The notes beneath the pieces were generated by a model. That model made no database searches and was not told the origin of the DNA. It saw only the letters and a program-made list of their open reading frames with translations. A DNA stretch of 42,080 bases, taken from contig CAZUFC010000070.1 in assembly GCA_964619725.1 (NCBI GenBank), positions 1-42,080 of the forward strand. Reading direction: 5' to 3'. The stretch comes from an uncultured bacterium (GTDB lineage Bacteria; CSSED10-310; CAZUFC01). Below, one piece after another: positions 32,836 through 42,080 of the stretch (position 1 is its first letter; the number at the start of each line of letters is the position of its first letter). A program made the translations under genes and the position numbers.

Positions 32836-34004
32836 TATCCTTGAAATTAGCTTATCGCAATATTGTGGGAGCGGGTTTGAGGACCTGGCTGAGCGTAATC
32901 GTTCTTTCTTTTTCCTTTGTTTTGATCATCTGGAACCAGGGGTTGCTGAACGGTTGGGACAGGCAGGCCAGAAGGGACACCATCGCCTGGGAAATTGGCG
33001 GCGGACAATACTGGCATGAAGCTTATGATCCTTTTGATCCGTTTGCCCTGTCCGACAGTCATGCCTTGGTTCCGGAAAAGTTGAAAAGAGACGTTCAGGA
33101 CGGCAGGTTTGCCCCTGTTTTGATCGCTCAGACTGCGGCATATCCGGAAGGACGAATGCATAACCTGCTTTTGAAGGGAATAGAACCCGGTCAAAACATA
33201 TTAGAATTGCCCACAAAACATCTGGATGCTGATATCGAGGAAATTCCCGCGATCATAGGAGAACGGACGGCGGACAGTCTTAACCTGAACGTCGGCGAAC
33301 TTATGACTGTCAGGTGGCGGGATGCGAACGGCATGTTCGATGCCAGGGACGTTAAAATAATGAGCGTCATGGAAACGGACGTCATCTCGGTGGATAAAGG
33401 ACAGCTTTGGATACCGCTGAAACGAATGCGGGAAATGATGCAGGCTCCCGGTGAAGCGACCCTCATCATCGTCGAGCAGGGGATGGAGAATCCGCCCGAA
33501 GCTGATAAATGGGTGTTCAGAGACCATGAATACCTGATGAGGGACATCACCCAGATGATAAAAACCAAAACAGTAGGACAGTCGATTTTTTATCTTCTTC
33601 TGCTGTCGCTGGCCCTCCTGGCTATTTTCGATACGCAGATACTGGCGATATTCAGGCGGCGTAAGGAAATCGGCACCCTCATCGCTTTGGGTATGACCAG
33701 GGGCGAAGTCATACGACTCTTCACGTTAGAAGGCGCCATGCATGGCGTCCTGGCCGCAATCGTCGGCGCTGTCTACGGCATTCCCCTGCTGGCATACTTC
33801 GCTATATACGGATTAGGCGTTCCTCAATCCACGGAAGACTTCGGTTACGCCATCGCTGAAAGAATTTACCCGGCTTACAGCCTGGGACTGGTGACAGGAA
33901 CAACCCTGATAATCTTAGTTACGGTTACTATCGTCAGTTTTATTCCCACCCGCAAAATCGCAAGACTTAAACCCACAGACGCCATCAGGGGGACATTCCA
34001 ATGA
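32832..34004 (+). CDS. ABC transporter permease (FtsX/LolC-E-like)
   Basis: LAYRNI...RT, large periplasmic loop, RRKEIGTLIALG, LKPTDAIR; ATGA overlap. Confidence 0.9.
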   Translation: MISLKLAYRNIVGAGLRTWLSVIVLSFSFVLIIWNQGLLNGWDRQARRDTIAWEIGGGQYWHEAYDPFDPFALSDSHALVPEKLKRDVQDGRFAPVLIAQTAAYPEGRMHNLLLKGIEPGQNILELPTKHLDADIEEIPAIIGERTADSLNLNVGELMTVRWRDANGMFDARDVKIMSVMETDVISVDKGQLWIPLKRMREMMQAPGEATLIIVEQGMENPPEADKWVFRDHEYLMRDITQMIKTKTVGQSIFYLLLLSLALLAIFDTQILAIFRRRKEIGTLIALGMTRGEVIRLFTLEGAMHGVLAAIVGAVYGIPLLAYFAIYGLGVPQSTEDFGYAIAERIYPAYSLGLVTGTTLIILVTVTIVSFIPTRKIARLKPTDAIRGTFQ

Positions 34005-35275
34005 TTAAATTCCTGCTTAAAGGCCTGATCAGGGACCCTTCCCGAAGCCTGTTTCCCCTGCTGACCGTCATTTTGGGCGTTATGCTGACGGTGTTTCTCC
34101 ATAGCTGGATCGGCGGCATACTGGGCGATGTGGAAGATTTGACCGCACGTTTCGATACAGGGCATGTCAAGGTGGTCACCCGCGCATATGCGGAGAATGC
34201 GGACCAGTTGCCCAACGACCTGGCCCTCGCCGGCGTCAATACTTTAATGAAACAATTGAAATCAATGTTTGAAAACGTCAACTGGACGCAGAGAATACGA
34301 TTCGGCGGATTAATCGATGTTCCCGACGAAAAAGGCGAAACCAGATCACAGGGACCCGCTATGGGACTGGCCGTTGATCTGCTGTCGCCGGATTCTAAAG
34401 AAATCGAAAGATTGAATATTCAAAAATCAATGGTCAAGGGAGAACTTCCCCAAAAAAATGGAGAAATTATCATCAGCGACGAATTCGCCCATAAACTGGA
34501 GGTTGAACCGGGCGATGCCGTCACTTTGATCAGTTCAGCAATGTACGGCAGTATGGCCATGCATAATTTCAACATCGCCGGCACGATCAGCTTCGGCATG
34601 GAGGTCCTGGACAGAGGGTCTTTCATTGCGGATATCAGGGATGTGAGATTAGCGCTGGATATGGACAATGCCTGCAGCGAAATTCTGGGATTCTTCGAAT
34701 CAAAGCGCTTTAATCAGGACAAGGCTGAAACGGTCAAGCGCGCTTTCAATGAAAAGTATGCGGATGAGGATGATGAATTCTCGCCCGTTATGTTGACCCT
34801 GGTCGATGCAGCGGGTTTCGGCGATAACCTGGAATTGGCACGCAGTATGTCTGTACTGCTGGTCGGACTCTTCGTTTTCGTCATGTCGCTGGTGTTGTGG
34901 AATACCGGATTGATCGGAGGCTTGCGCAGATACGGAGAAATTGGCGTACGACTAGCTGTGGGAGAAGACAAAACCAACCTTTACGCATCCATGATCGCTG
35001 AATCCATCATGATCGGCATCGCAGGTTCCCTTGTCGGAACATCTATAGGACTTACCGGCGCTTATATTATACAACATTACGGCATTGATTTCAGTTTCAT
35101 GATGCAAAAATCATCCATGATGCTTCCTAATGTCGTCAGAACAAAAGTCACCACCGTCACTTACTTCATCGGTTTCATCCCCGGACTGCTCTCAAACGTC
35201 CTGGGTTCATCCCTCGCCGGTATTGGCATATATAAAAGACAAACCGCTCACCTCTTCAAGGAGCTTGAAACATGA
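34001..35275 (+). CDS. ABC transporter permease (FtsX/LolC-E-like)
   Basis: N-terminal TM, periplasmic loop, RRYGEIGVRLAVGE; ATGA overlap. Confidence 0.9.
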   Translation: MIKFLLKGLIRDPSRSLFPLLTVILGVMLTVFLHSWIGGILGDVEDLTARFDTGHVKVVTRAYAENADQLPNDLALAGVNTLMKQLKSMFENVNWTQRIRFGGLIDVPDEKGETRSQGPAMGLAVDLLSPDSKEIERLNIQKSMVKGELPQKNGEIIISDEFAHKLEVEPGDAVTLISSAMYGSMAMHNFNIAGTISFGMEVLDRGSFIADIRDVRLALDMDNACSEILGFFESKRFNQDKAETVKRAFNEKYADEDDEFSPVMLTLVDAAGFGDNLELARSMSVLLVGLFVFVMSLVLWNTGLIGGLRRYGEIGVRLAVGEDKTNLYASMIAESIMIGIAGSLVGTSIGLTGAYIIQHYGIDFSFMMQKSSMMLPNVVRTKVTTVTYFIGFIPGLLSNVLGSSLAGIGIYKRQTAHLFKELET

Positions 35276-36018
35276 AAATTTCCCTCTTCGTGAGTTTCTC
35301 CCTGCTTTTGGCTGTTTTAGCTCAGTCGTACGCACAGGAACTGACCGCAGACCTTATACTGGAAAAAGTTGACGAGAACCTCACCTCGCATAACCGCTTC
35401 TTCCGGTCAAAAATGATCATTCACGGACGCAGGGGAAGCCGAACCGTGGAATCGAAAACCTGGGCCGAAGGAGAAAACAAAGCCTTCACGGAATATGTCG
35501 CGCCCGCAAGAGAAAAAGGAACAAAAATGCTCAAACTGGACGACAACCTCTGGATGTATTCCCCGTCCACAGATCGCATTATCCAAATATCGGGACACAT
35601 GCTGAGACAATCCGTCATGGGGTCGGACCTCTCCTATGAAGACATGATGGAAGATGCGAAATTACATGAAAACTATGATGCGGAAATTACCGGCAATGAA
35701 AAGATCAATGAAACAGATTGTTATGTCTTAAAATTAACTGCTCGACAAGAGGACCTGGCGTACCACTCCAGAAAAATATGGGTCGACAATGAAAAATTCG
35801 TCCCCTTAAGAGAAGAACTGTACGCCAAAAGCGGAAAACTGCTGAAAAAAACGGACCTGCAAGACTTCAAACAAATAGAAGGAAGATGGTACCCCCGAAA
35901 AATCATCTTCAAGGATATGCTGAAAAGAGGCGACGGCACGGAATTCATTATTGATGAAATCGAGTTTAATATTGAGATACCGAAAAGTGTTTTTTCCAAG
36001 GCCGCGTTGCGGAGATGA
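35272..36018 (+). CDS. Outer-membrane lipoprotein-sorting (LolA-like) protein
   Basis: Signal peptide; APAREKGTKMLK, LWMYSP, MGSDLSYEDM, ELYAKSGKLLK. Confidence 0.85.
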   Translation: MKISLFVSFSLLLAVLAQSYAQELTADLILEKVDENLTSHNRFFRSKMIIHGRRGSRTVESKTWAEGENKAFTEYVAPAREKGTKMLKLDDNLWMYSPSTDRIIQISGHMLRQSVMGSDLSYEDMMEDAKLHENYDAEITGNEKINETDCYVLKLTARQEDLAYHSRKIWVDNEKFVPLREELYAKSGKLLKKTDLQDFKQIEGRWYPRKIIFKDMLKRGDGTEFIIDEIEFNIEIPKSVFSKAALRR

Positions 36019-36436
36019 GAACAGAGGAGTTAAAGGCATTGATCAATTATCCCGGTTTCGAGGATAAATTTATGAATTTGCTGTCGGTTATTGAAACGAA
36101 ATTCAATGGAATGAAAAGTCGTTTTCAAAATAGCCAGGCATTCCGTTAAATAATTCGGTTGATTTGGATCAGCAAGCTTCATTATAAAGGCGGGATTGAG
36201 GATAACTTATATAATAAACTAAGCCGAAACTGATGCAATAATGCTAGAGTTAGATTCGTAACATGCTCATCCATAATCGACGATAGAATTGCTGAGCGAT
36301 CTTTTTACGAAACATCAATCGGACAACAAGAAACTATCCCTCTGAATATTGATATTTTGATTAAATTCTTATAAACTTTGTTTCAGGAGGTCTTCGTGAT
36401 TTCCGTCATAACAGCGTCAGAAAAAGGATTTGTCGT

Positions 36437-36787
36437 ATGAAAAAGACAGACATTGATTTAAGAGGATATTTTGAATTTTTGGATAATGATGACATTCGTG
36501 TTAAAGGAACACGCGTAGGAATTGAGATCATTCTTGAAGATTATCTGAATGCTTTCAGTCCTGAAGAAATCGCAATACGCTATCCAACATTGAATCTGGA
36601 GCAGGTATACGCTACGATAACTTATTATTTTCATAACAAAGCCCGAATCGATGCTTATTTGAAACGTTGGCGAAAATATTCCGAGGAATCAAGATTGGCG
36701 CAAATACGAAATCCGACACCTGCAGTCAGGCGTCTTCAAGATTTAAAACGACGCAGATCGAAAATAATGAACGAGTCTTCTGCATGA
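36437..36787 (+). CDS. DUF433 domain protein (putative antitoxin)
   Basis: IRVKGTRVGIE.IL...SPEEIA.RYPTL.LEQVYA.I.YY. Confidence 0.88.
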   Translation: MKKTDIDLRGYFEFLDNDDIRVKGTRVGIEIILEDYLNAFSPEEIAIRYPTLNLEQVYATITYYFHNKARIDAYLKRWRKYSEESRLAQIRNPTPAVRRLQDLKRRRSKIMNESSA

Positions 36788-37146
36788 ACGGACGGTCCTA
36801 TTTAATCGATGAGAATACAACACCTGCTCTTGCTGATCAATTGCGCCGCCGGCGATCGATTATCAATGTCATGAAGATCGGGGATGAATCTGCTCCGCCA
36901 AAAGGAACACCTGATAAAGATATATTATTATGGATCGAAAGGCATGGTTTTAGTTTGGTGACCCGTAACAGGAAATCCATGCCGTATCATCTGGATCAGC
37001 ATTTGAAATCGGAGCATCATGTCCAGGGGATTTTTGTTTTGCGACCAAGGGCGTCATTGGGAGAAGTCATAGACGATTTGATTCATATTTGGGAATCCTC
37101 AGAGCCGGATGAATTCCAGGATCAGATTGTCCGCCTTCCATTATAA
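36784..37146 (+). CDS. DUF5615 PIN-like protein (putative toxin)
   Basis: ATGA overlap with DUF433; YLIDEN, GTPDKDILLW, LVTRNRKSM, GIFVL. Confidence 0.82.
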   Translation: MNGRSYLIDENTTPALADQLRRRRSIINVMKIGDESAPPKGTPDKDILLWIERHGFSLVTRNRKSMPYHLDQHLKSEHHVQGIFVLRPRASLGEVIDDLIHIWESSEPDEFQDQIVRLPL

Positions 37147-37177
37147 GCATAACCGCCAGATGAACCTGACGACGAAT

Positions 37178-37330
37178 AATGAGGACGAAGCTGAAGCGGG
37201 CCAACGCTCTTTTAATGCGAAGTTTGCGGATGATGATGAGGATGATGAATTCTCGCCCGTTATGATGCCCTGGTCGATGCAATCGGTTTCGGTGATAACC
37301 TGGAATTGGCCCGCAGCATGTCTGTTCTGC
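37178..37330 (+). pseudogene. Degenerate ~150-bp fragment of the ABC permease gene (copy of 34712-34859)
   Basis: Shared GGATGATGAATTCTCGCCCGTTATG, CCCTGGTCGATGCA and GATAACCTGGAATTGGC, with about 20 substitutions, a 6-bp insertion and a 1-bp deletion. Confidence 0.85.
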
Positions 37331-37364
37331 AACAGCCCTGAGTCAGTCAGAGATTTATTAGGTA

Positions 37365-37417
37365 GTGACTGTCCATAAACTCGATTGTCGATTCAAAATT
37401 TAATGTTGGACAGTCAC
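37365..37417. mobile_element. Solo MITE module B (53 bp) with a 6-bp direct repeat TAGGTA on both sides
   Basis: GTGACTGTCCA...TGGACAGTCAC perfect 11-bp TIR; TAGGTA at 37359-64 and 37418-23; inverted relative to the copies at 25065 and 41970. Confidence 0.85.
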
Positions 37418-37633
37418 TAGGTAGAGATTACTTCAAGTAAGAGGGATTTCAAACCGATAAACGGTTTAAAAGCGATGCTCCGCTTTGATAAGTCCGCAGC
37501 ATCGTTAGATGAGCAAATGCGTACTGGGGCTCCAGTAAGAGGATATACATGTGGGTAAAGAAAAGGCAGTTGACGTAAATAAGAGAAGGTAATAAATTCG
37601 CCTGAGGGAACATTCCAGAGCAGGAGATCACTT

Positions 37634-38803
37634 GTGAACGGTCAGGCGGCGAAGAATCGGGCCCCCAGGGCGCTAGTTTGTTTCAGTCTGCTTTTTCTGC
37701 AGGCTATAGCGGCGACTTTGCTGGGACCTCTGGTCAGCGTTATCGAGGAGCATTTTCATACGGGGGAAGCGGGTATCGGCGCACTTTCCGGCGGAGTTGC
37801 AGCGGGGTTCATTCTTGCCGTGACTTTGAGCGGATATGTGGGCAGAAAGACTGGAATAAAAATTATTTTGCTTCTGGGCTCTTTTCCGGCTCTTTCCGGA
37901 TTGCTTCTGTTCAGCCAGGTGCATCATTTCAGCCTGGGGATGACTGGTATGATTCTCGTCGGCATATCCGGCGGATTCGCTCAGATAGGGGTCAATGCCG
38001 TTATCCTCAGTTATTTCAGGGAAAACCGCACATTTTATATGAACCTTCTGCATGTATTTTTCGGATGCGGAGCTGTTGCGGGACCCCGGATAACGGCTTA
38101 TTTTCTGAAATACGGAATAGGCTGGCAATGGCTTTATATTCTTCTGTCGGGTTTGTTTGGATTGAATTTCATCTCCAGTTTGTTCGTCGGTTTTCCTGCG
38201 GTATCGGAAAAGGAATTTCAGAAAGGACCGGCCGATTTAAATAGGCTGTCGCCGGCGCTGGTTATATGGATAGGCGCTGCAGCCATATCATTCTATGTGG
38301 GAGCGGAATCGACGCTCAACATATGGTCTCCGGTTTATATGGAAAGGGTTGTTGGAATAACCAGAGTGCATGCTGCGGCGAACTTAAGCAATTTCTGGTT
38401 GTGCCTGATGATCGGTCGAATTATATGCACGCTGCTGGCGAAGAAAATGTCGTCGCGAATCATCCTGATGATACTGTGTTCCGGGGCATTTCTGTCCGTT
38501 TTGATTTTCGTGACGATACCCGCTCAATCTATGGCAGGAATATCTCTGGCCGCTGCCGGACTCTTTTTTTCCGGCTTTTTCGCCACTCTGCTGGCGCTGG
38601 TCGGCGACTATTATCCCGACTCGATCGACCGGATAACATCGATCATGGTTTTCACTTCCGGCATAGGCCTGTTGTTTTATCCCTGGCTGGCGGGAATAGC
38701 TGCGGAATTTATGAGTCTTCGCACGGCAATTTATCTGCCTTTAATTCTGACGTTTCTTTTAAGTCTTTTTTCTCTTTTCCTGACAGTAAAAACAAGAAAC
38801 TGA
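37634..38803 (+). CDS. MFS transporter (fucose permease/TsgA-like)
   Basis: About 12 TM helices; MNLLHVFFGCGAVAGP, FYVGAE...W, FW..LMIGR. Confidence 0.88.
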   Translation: MNGQAAKNRAPRALVCFSLLFLQAIAATLLGPLVSVIEEHFHTGEAGIGALSGGVAAGFILAVTLSGYVGRKTGIKIILLLGSFPALSGLLLFSQVHHFSLGMTGMILVGISGGFAQIGVNAVILSYFRENRTFYMNLLHVFFGCGAVAGPRITAYFLKYGIGWQWLYILLSGLFGLNFISSLFVGFPAVSEKEFQKGPADLNRLSPALVIWIGAAAISFYVGAESTLNIWSPVYMERVVGITRVHAAANLSNFWLCLMIGRIICTLLAKKMSSRIILMILCSGAFLSVLIFVTIPAQSMAGISLAAAGLFFSGFFATLLALVGDYYPDSIDRITSIMVFTSGIGLLFYPWLAGIAAEFMSLRTAIYLPLILTFLLSLFSLFLTVKTRN

Positions 38804-38815
38804 TCGGTTTCAGCA

Positions 38816-41581
38816 TTATTCGTGATACCCGAAACGCCAGGCGTAGATGTTGCTCAGCACGTCGTTCATGTCCTTATCCGTGACTGCGGCCAGAAAATAG
38901 AGGCCGGAAGCTGAGCCGGCGTTTTCGGGCCAGGCGAATTCATTAATGACGGGGAATGTGATGATGCCCTGGGGAAGTCCGAAAGTATAATAATCGAAAG
39001 ATTCCGGAAAATGCCCCCAGCCTGGTGCGGTCCAGTATTCTCCGTAAATTTCCAGGACAATGAAAACCAGGACCCAGGTCAAGGGGTCGCCGGGGTTCTC
39101 GACGGAGGCCGTGAGCGAGCAGGGATCGCCCGGTGAGAAGCTATGTGCGGGCATAATGAGAGAGAAGACGTTTATTTCACCGGCGTATGGGGTGGAGTAT
39201 GGAGAAGGGGAAGGGGTAACAGTGGCCGGAATAGTCGGAATCGATGATTCTGTGGGGTGAGGTGAAGGCGAATAAGTCGGAATAGCCGAAGGCGTCAGAG
39301 TGGGCGCATGAATTGTGAAATCCGCGGCGCTCATGTCCGATGTTTTATTCCACGAGGGGTCGTAGGCTACGGATTTTATGCGGCAGGCATTTGAGTTTAT
39401 CATCGGGACGGTCCAACCGTATGAGCCGGAAGTCCTGACGCCGCCCTTAACGACCAAAGGCCATGAAGCGCCCGAATCCGTCGATAAGAAAAGGTCTGCG
39501 TATAGAATGCAATCATTGTCGGAGGCGTTCCAGGAGATGGTGAAGTTATCGCCGCCGTTAAGGATTTCTCCGCCGTTGGGGGCTGTCAGGTCTATGGATG
39601 GAGACGTTTCATCGATCGGCGCCCATTTATAGAGACCATATCTGGTCCCTGCATAGACCTGTTCGGTTTCGTTTTCAATTCTGCAGGCAATGCGCTGTAT
39701 TCCCTGATTATAGAATCCATCGTTCCTTTCGGTCCAGGATTCACCCTGGTCTGTACTGAACCAGAATCCGCTGCCTCCGGCATAAATGGTTCCGTCTACC
39801 GGCGATATTTTTATGTCGCCTATAATCCCGGGTATTTCCGTTCCGAGGTTTTTGGTCCAGGTTTCGCCGTAATCGGTCGTGCGGCATATTTTGTAACCGT
39901 TAGAATCGGTAAAATAGGTTCCGGGCGTTTGAGGATCGCTGCATATGTTCATCGATGCGACGAATTCCATCGGCGTCCACGTGGTTCCGAAATCCGTGCT
40001 TCTTCTGAAGACGTGGTTGGAATACAAGAGGGAATGAACGAAGATAACGGCGGGATCAAACGGGTCCGCTTCCAGTGAAGCGACCTGCATGGAACCGAGG
40101 ACGCGCCAGGATACGCCGGCATCGGATGACAACCATAGACCGGTGTTGGTTGATGACCCGGCCGCGCCGTAATAGACGTAATCCGGGGCTTCTCTGCAGA
40201 AGCTTATGCCGTTGCAGTTTCCGCTGCCGGTTATGTTGGTCGGCTGCTAGGAATTCCCCCCGTCTGTGCTGCGATGAAGGGAAGACGTTCCTGCCAGTAA
40301 TATCTGCGGATCGTCCGGTTTGTAGGCTGACCAGGCGCTGAAACTGGTTGAAGGACATTCCGTATCGGTCCATTCAAGTCCTTTATTATCGGTCCTGAAA
40401 AGCGCTTTTACCTCTCGACCGGCGACCAGCAAGGTGTCTTCGTCCTGGGGATGAAGTTCCAATCCCGTTACCCAGTTGCCGGAAAAATATCGGGCGCTTA
40501 ATTTCCAGGTTTCTCCCCCGTCGATGCTTGCCAAAGGTCCGGTGTATATATTGCAGACATATATTGTTTGAGGGTCATCCGGATGCACCGTTACCGACAG
40601 TCCCATCCCGATGAATTCATTCTCTTTCGACTCCCAGGTTTCTCCCCCGTCGGAGCTTCTGTATATCAATGTCGGGAACCAGTCGTAGGTTCCGCCCACG
40701 GCCCATAACACATCAGAATTCGACGGATCAGCACGGATGCAGTTTATCGTTTCATCCAAAAGCAGCTCCCACGTGTAACCGCCATCCGTGCTCTTCGATA
40801 TGTTGCCTTCAAAATTCCACCGCCAGGCAGTGTATATGGCGCTATATTCATCGTCCAGAACTTCTATGCTCCTATGAGATGCTTCAGTGCGCTCCATCGG
40901 TCCTTTTGATGAATCTGTATGACCTCTGATCTCCCAGGTTAATCCTCCGTCCGTGCTCACCCCTGTTCCCGACTGTTCGATGGCCGCATAAATAATATCA
41001 GGATTCGCCGGATGGTCCGTAAATTCATAATAATCATGAGTCACATCCAATATCGACCAGCTTTCGCCGCCGTCCTCAGATATATACAAACGATCAAAAC
41101 CGCCTGCCAGAACCCTATCCGGATTCGAACCGTGAATCCATACGTCCAGCAAATCATCCGTCAGGCTCAATTCCTCCCATACCTGACCGCCGTCCACGCT
41201 CTTATAGACGCTGCACCAGCCTCCGCCCGCAGCATAATAAATATCAGGGTCAAAAGGATGTTGTCGAATATGCCGCAGATTCACGGTGTCGAGACTCATT
41301 CCCTCACGGGAGGGCAGCCAGGTCGCTCCGGCGTTGTACGAAGCGAACGCTCCAGCCCAGGTCCCCATCACGATATGATTGTGATCAGAACGGTCAATGC
41401 AGAATCCCGAACTGCCGCCTCCCCAGGGCCCGTTTAAATTTCTCCAGGCATGATCATCACGATGGAAAAGCTCCGCAGAAGATTCGACGGTTTCCGCAGC
41501 GCAGTCCGGGACGCTGCACAATAGATGCATGACCGACGCAATCATTGTAATCGTTTTCATATATGATGATTTACTTGTCAT
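38816..41581 (-). pseudogene. Secreted BNR-repeat beta-propeller protein with Ig-like domain, Pro/Thr linker and conserved C-terminal domain; interrupted by one in-frame TAG (40247-40249)
   Basis: The two track ORFs are in the same frame with an open 38-codon bridge; the stop falls in STDGGNS*, where BNR repeats have W; start ATG 41581 after GGGGAG. Confidence 0.85.
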
Positions 41582-41725
41582 TTTATTTCTCCCCATTTTT
41601 TGCAGTTGAATTTTTTCCTCGGCAGGAAATGCCATATTCATTAAAGCTGATGTCATTAATAAGAGTAAATTTTTCAAAGAATTAAAGCGCCGGGAATCTC
41701 TTCAACACGATCAAACGGAGTATTG

Positions 41726-41817
41726 CGGCATTGATCAAAAAGGCGTCTTTTGAGGTTCCAATTCGAAAGGATATCTCATCATTTTGTTTCGATACCGATA
41801 CCGACCCCGGCCCCGAT
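41726..41817. repeat. Dispersed ~92-bp repeat, copy 2
   Basis: Homologous to 21682-21773. Confidence 0.85.
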
Positions 41818-41822
41818 ACCTA

Positions 41823-42080
41823 GTTTTTGTCCATAAACGGCGAATTTTTCCCAATTCTGCGTCTGTCTTCGTATTTGCTCAGTCAAAGTATTACCGCCGC
41901 CCCTGCCTTGCAAATCCTTACCACCCTTGTCTTAAGAAAAATTCGCTCGTTTATGGATCAAAAACCGCAGTGACTGTCCAGCATTAAATTTTGAATCGAG
42001 ATTCGAGTTTGTGGACAGACACTACCTAGTTTTTGTCCATAAACGGCGAATTTTCCCCAATACTGCGTCAGGCTGCGGAT
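41823..42080. mobile_element. Composite MITE A (41823-41965) plus B (41970-42022), followed by a further A copy from 42029 (truncated by the window edge)
   Basis: TACCTA at 41817-22 and 42023-28 flanks the 200-bp A+B unit; GTTTTTGTCCATAAACGGCGAATTTT recurs at 41823 and 42029. Confidence 0.85.

Noticed and set aside
37178-37330. DGR template/variable repeat pair with 34712-34859
   Set aside because: Mismatches involve all four bases plus indels rather than adenine-specific changes, and there is no reverse transcriptase in the window.
37109-37378. 89-aa ORF after the toxin
   Set aside because: Chimeric read-through of the frameshifted permease fragment and the MITE end.
40247-40249. Genome-wide TAG reassignment or pyrrolysine
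   Set aside because: TAG terminates genes at 6844, 8651, 28929 and 32063 at plausible ends; the site is a Trp position, and no pyl genes are seen.

Overview
Bacterial chromosomal window, about 50% GC by eye, from a diderm-type organism. It contains about 27 CDSs, and I found no rRNA, tRNA, CRISPR array, integrase or transposase. Gene content: (i) a set of large signal-peptide-bearing surface/secreted proteins, namely a partial SdrD-B/Pro-Thr protein at the left edge, two C25 (gingipain-family) peptidases, two BNR/VPS10-type beta-propeller proteins (one split by an in-frame TAG at a conserved Trp) and a collagen-like protein; (ii) a form IV RuBisCO-like protein fused to a cupin, followed by a DUF89 gene and a MetH-activation-domain gene; (iii) valS with several insertions; (iv) housekeeping and transport genes (methyltransferase, DUF456, DUF3006, HAD hydrolase, metallophosphoesterase, OppB/C-type permeases, a TetR-led LolCDE/LolA-like ABC operon, MFS); (v) a DUF433/DUF5615 toxin-antitoxin pair. 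The strongest candidate for an undescribed system is a ~120-aa C-terminal domain behind a Pro/Thr linker, shared by three secreted proteins with different passenger domains; it looks like a lineage-specific sorting or anchoring signal. Intergenic DNA carries several families of non-autonomous repeats: a 231-bp palindromic tandem array, a composite 143+53-bp MITE with TAnnTA flanks, a 65-bp tandem repeat, a dispersed ~92-bp element and short 6/7/9-bp periodic motifs. From memory, the protein style resembles candidate phylum CSSED10-310, but this is unverified. All family assignments come from motif recognition by eye, not from database searches.
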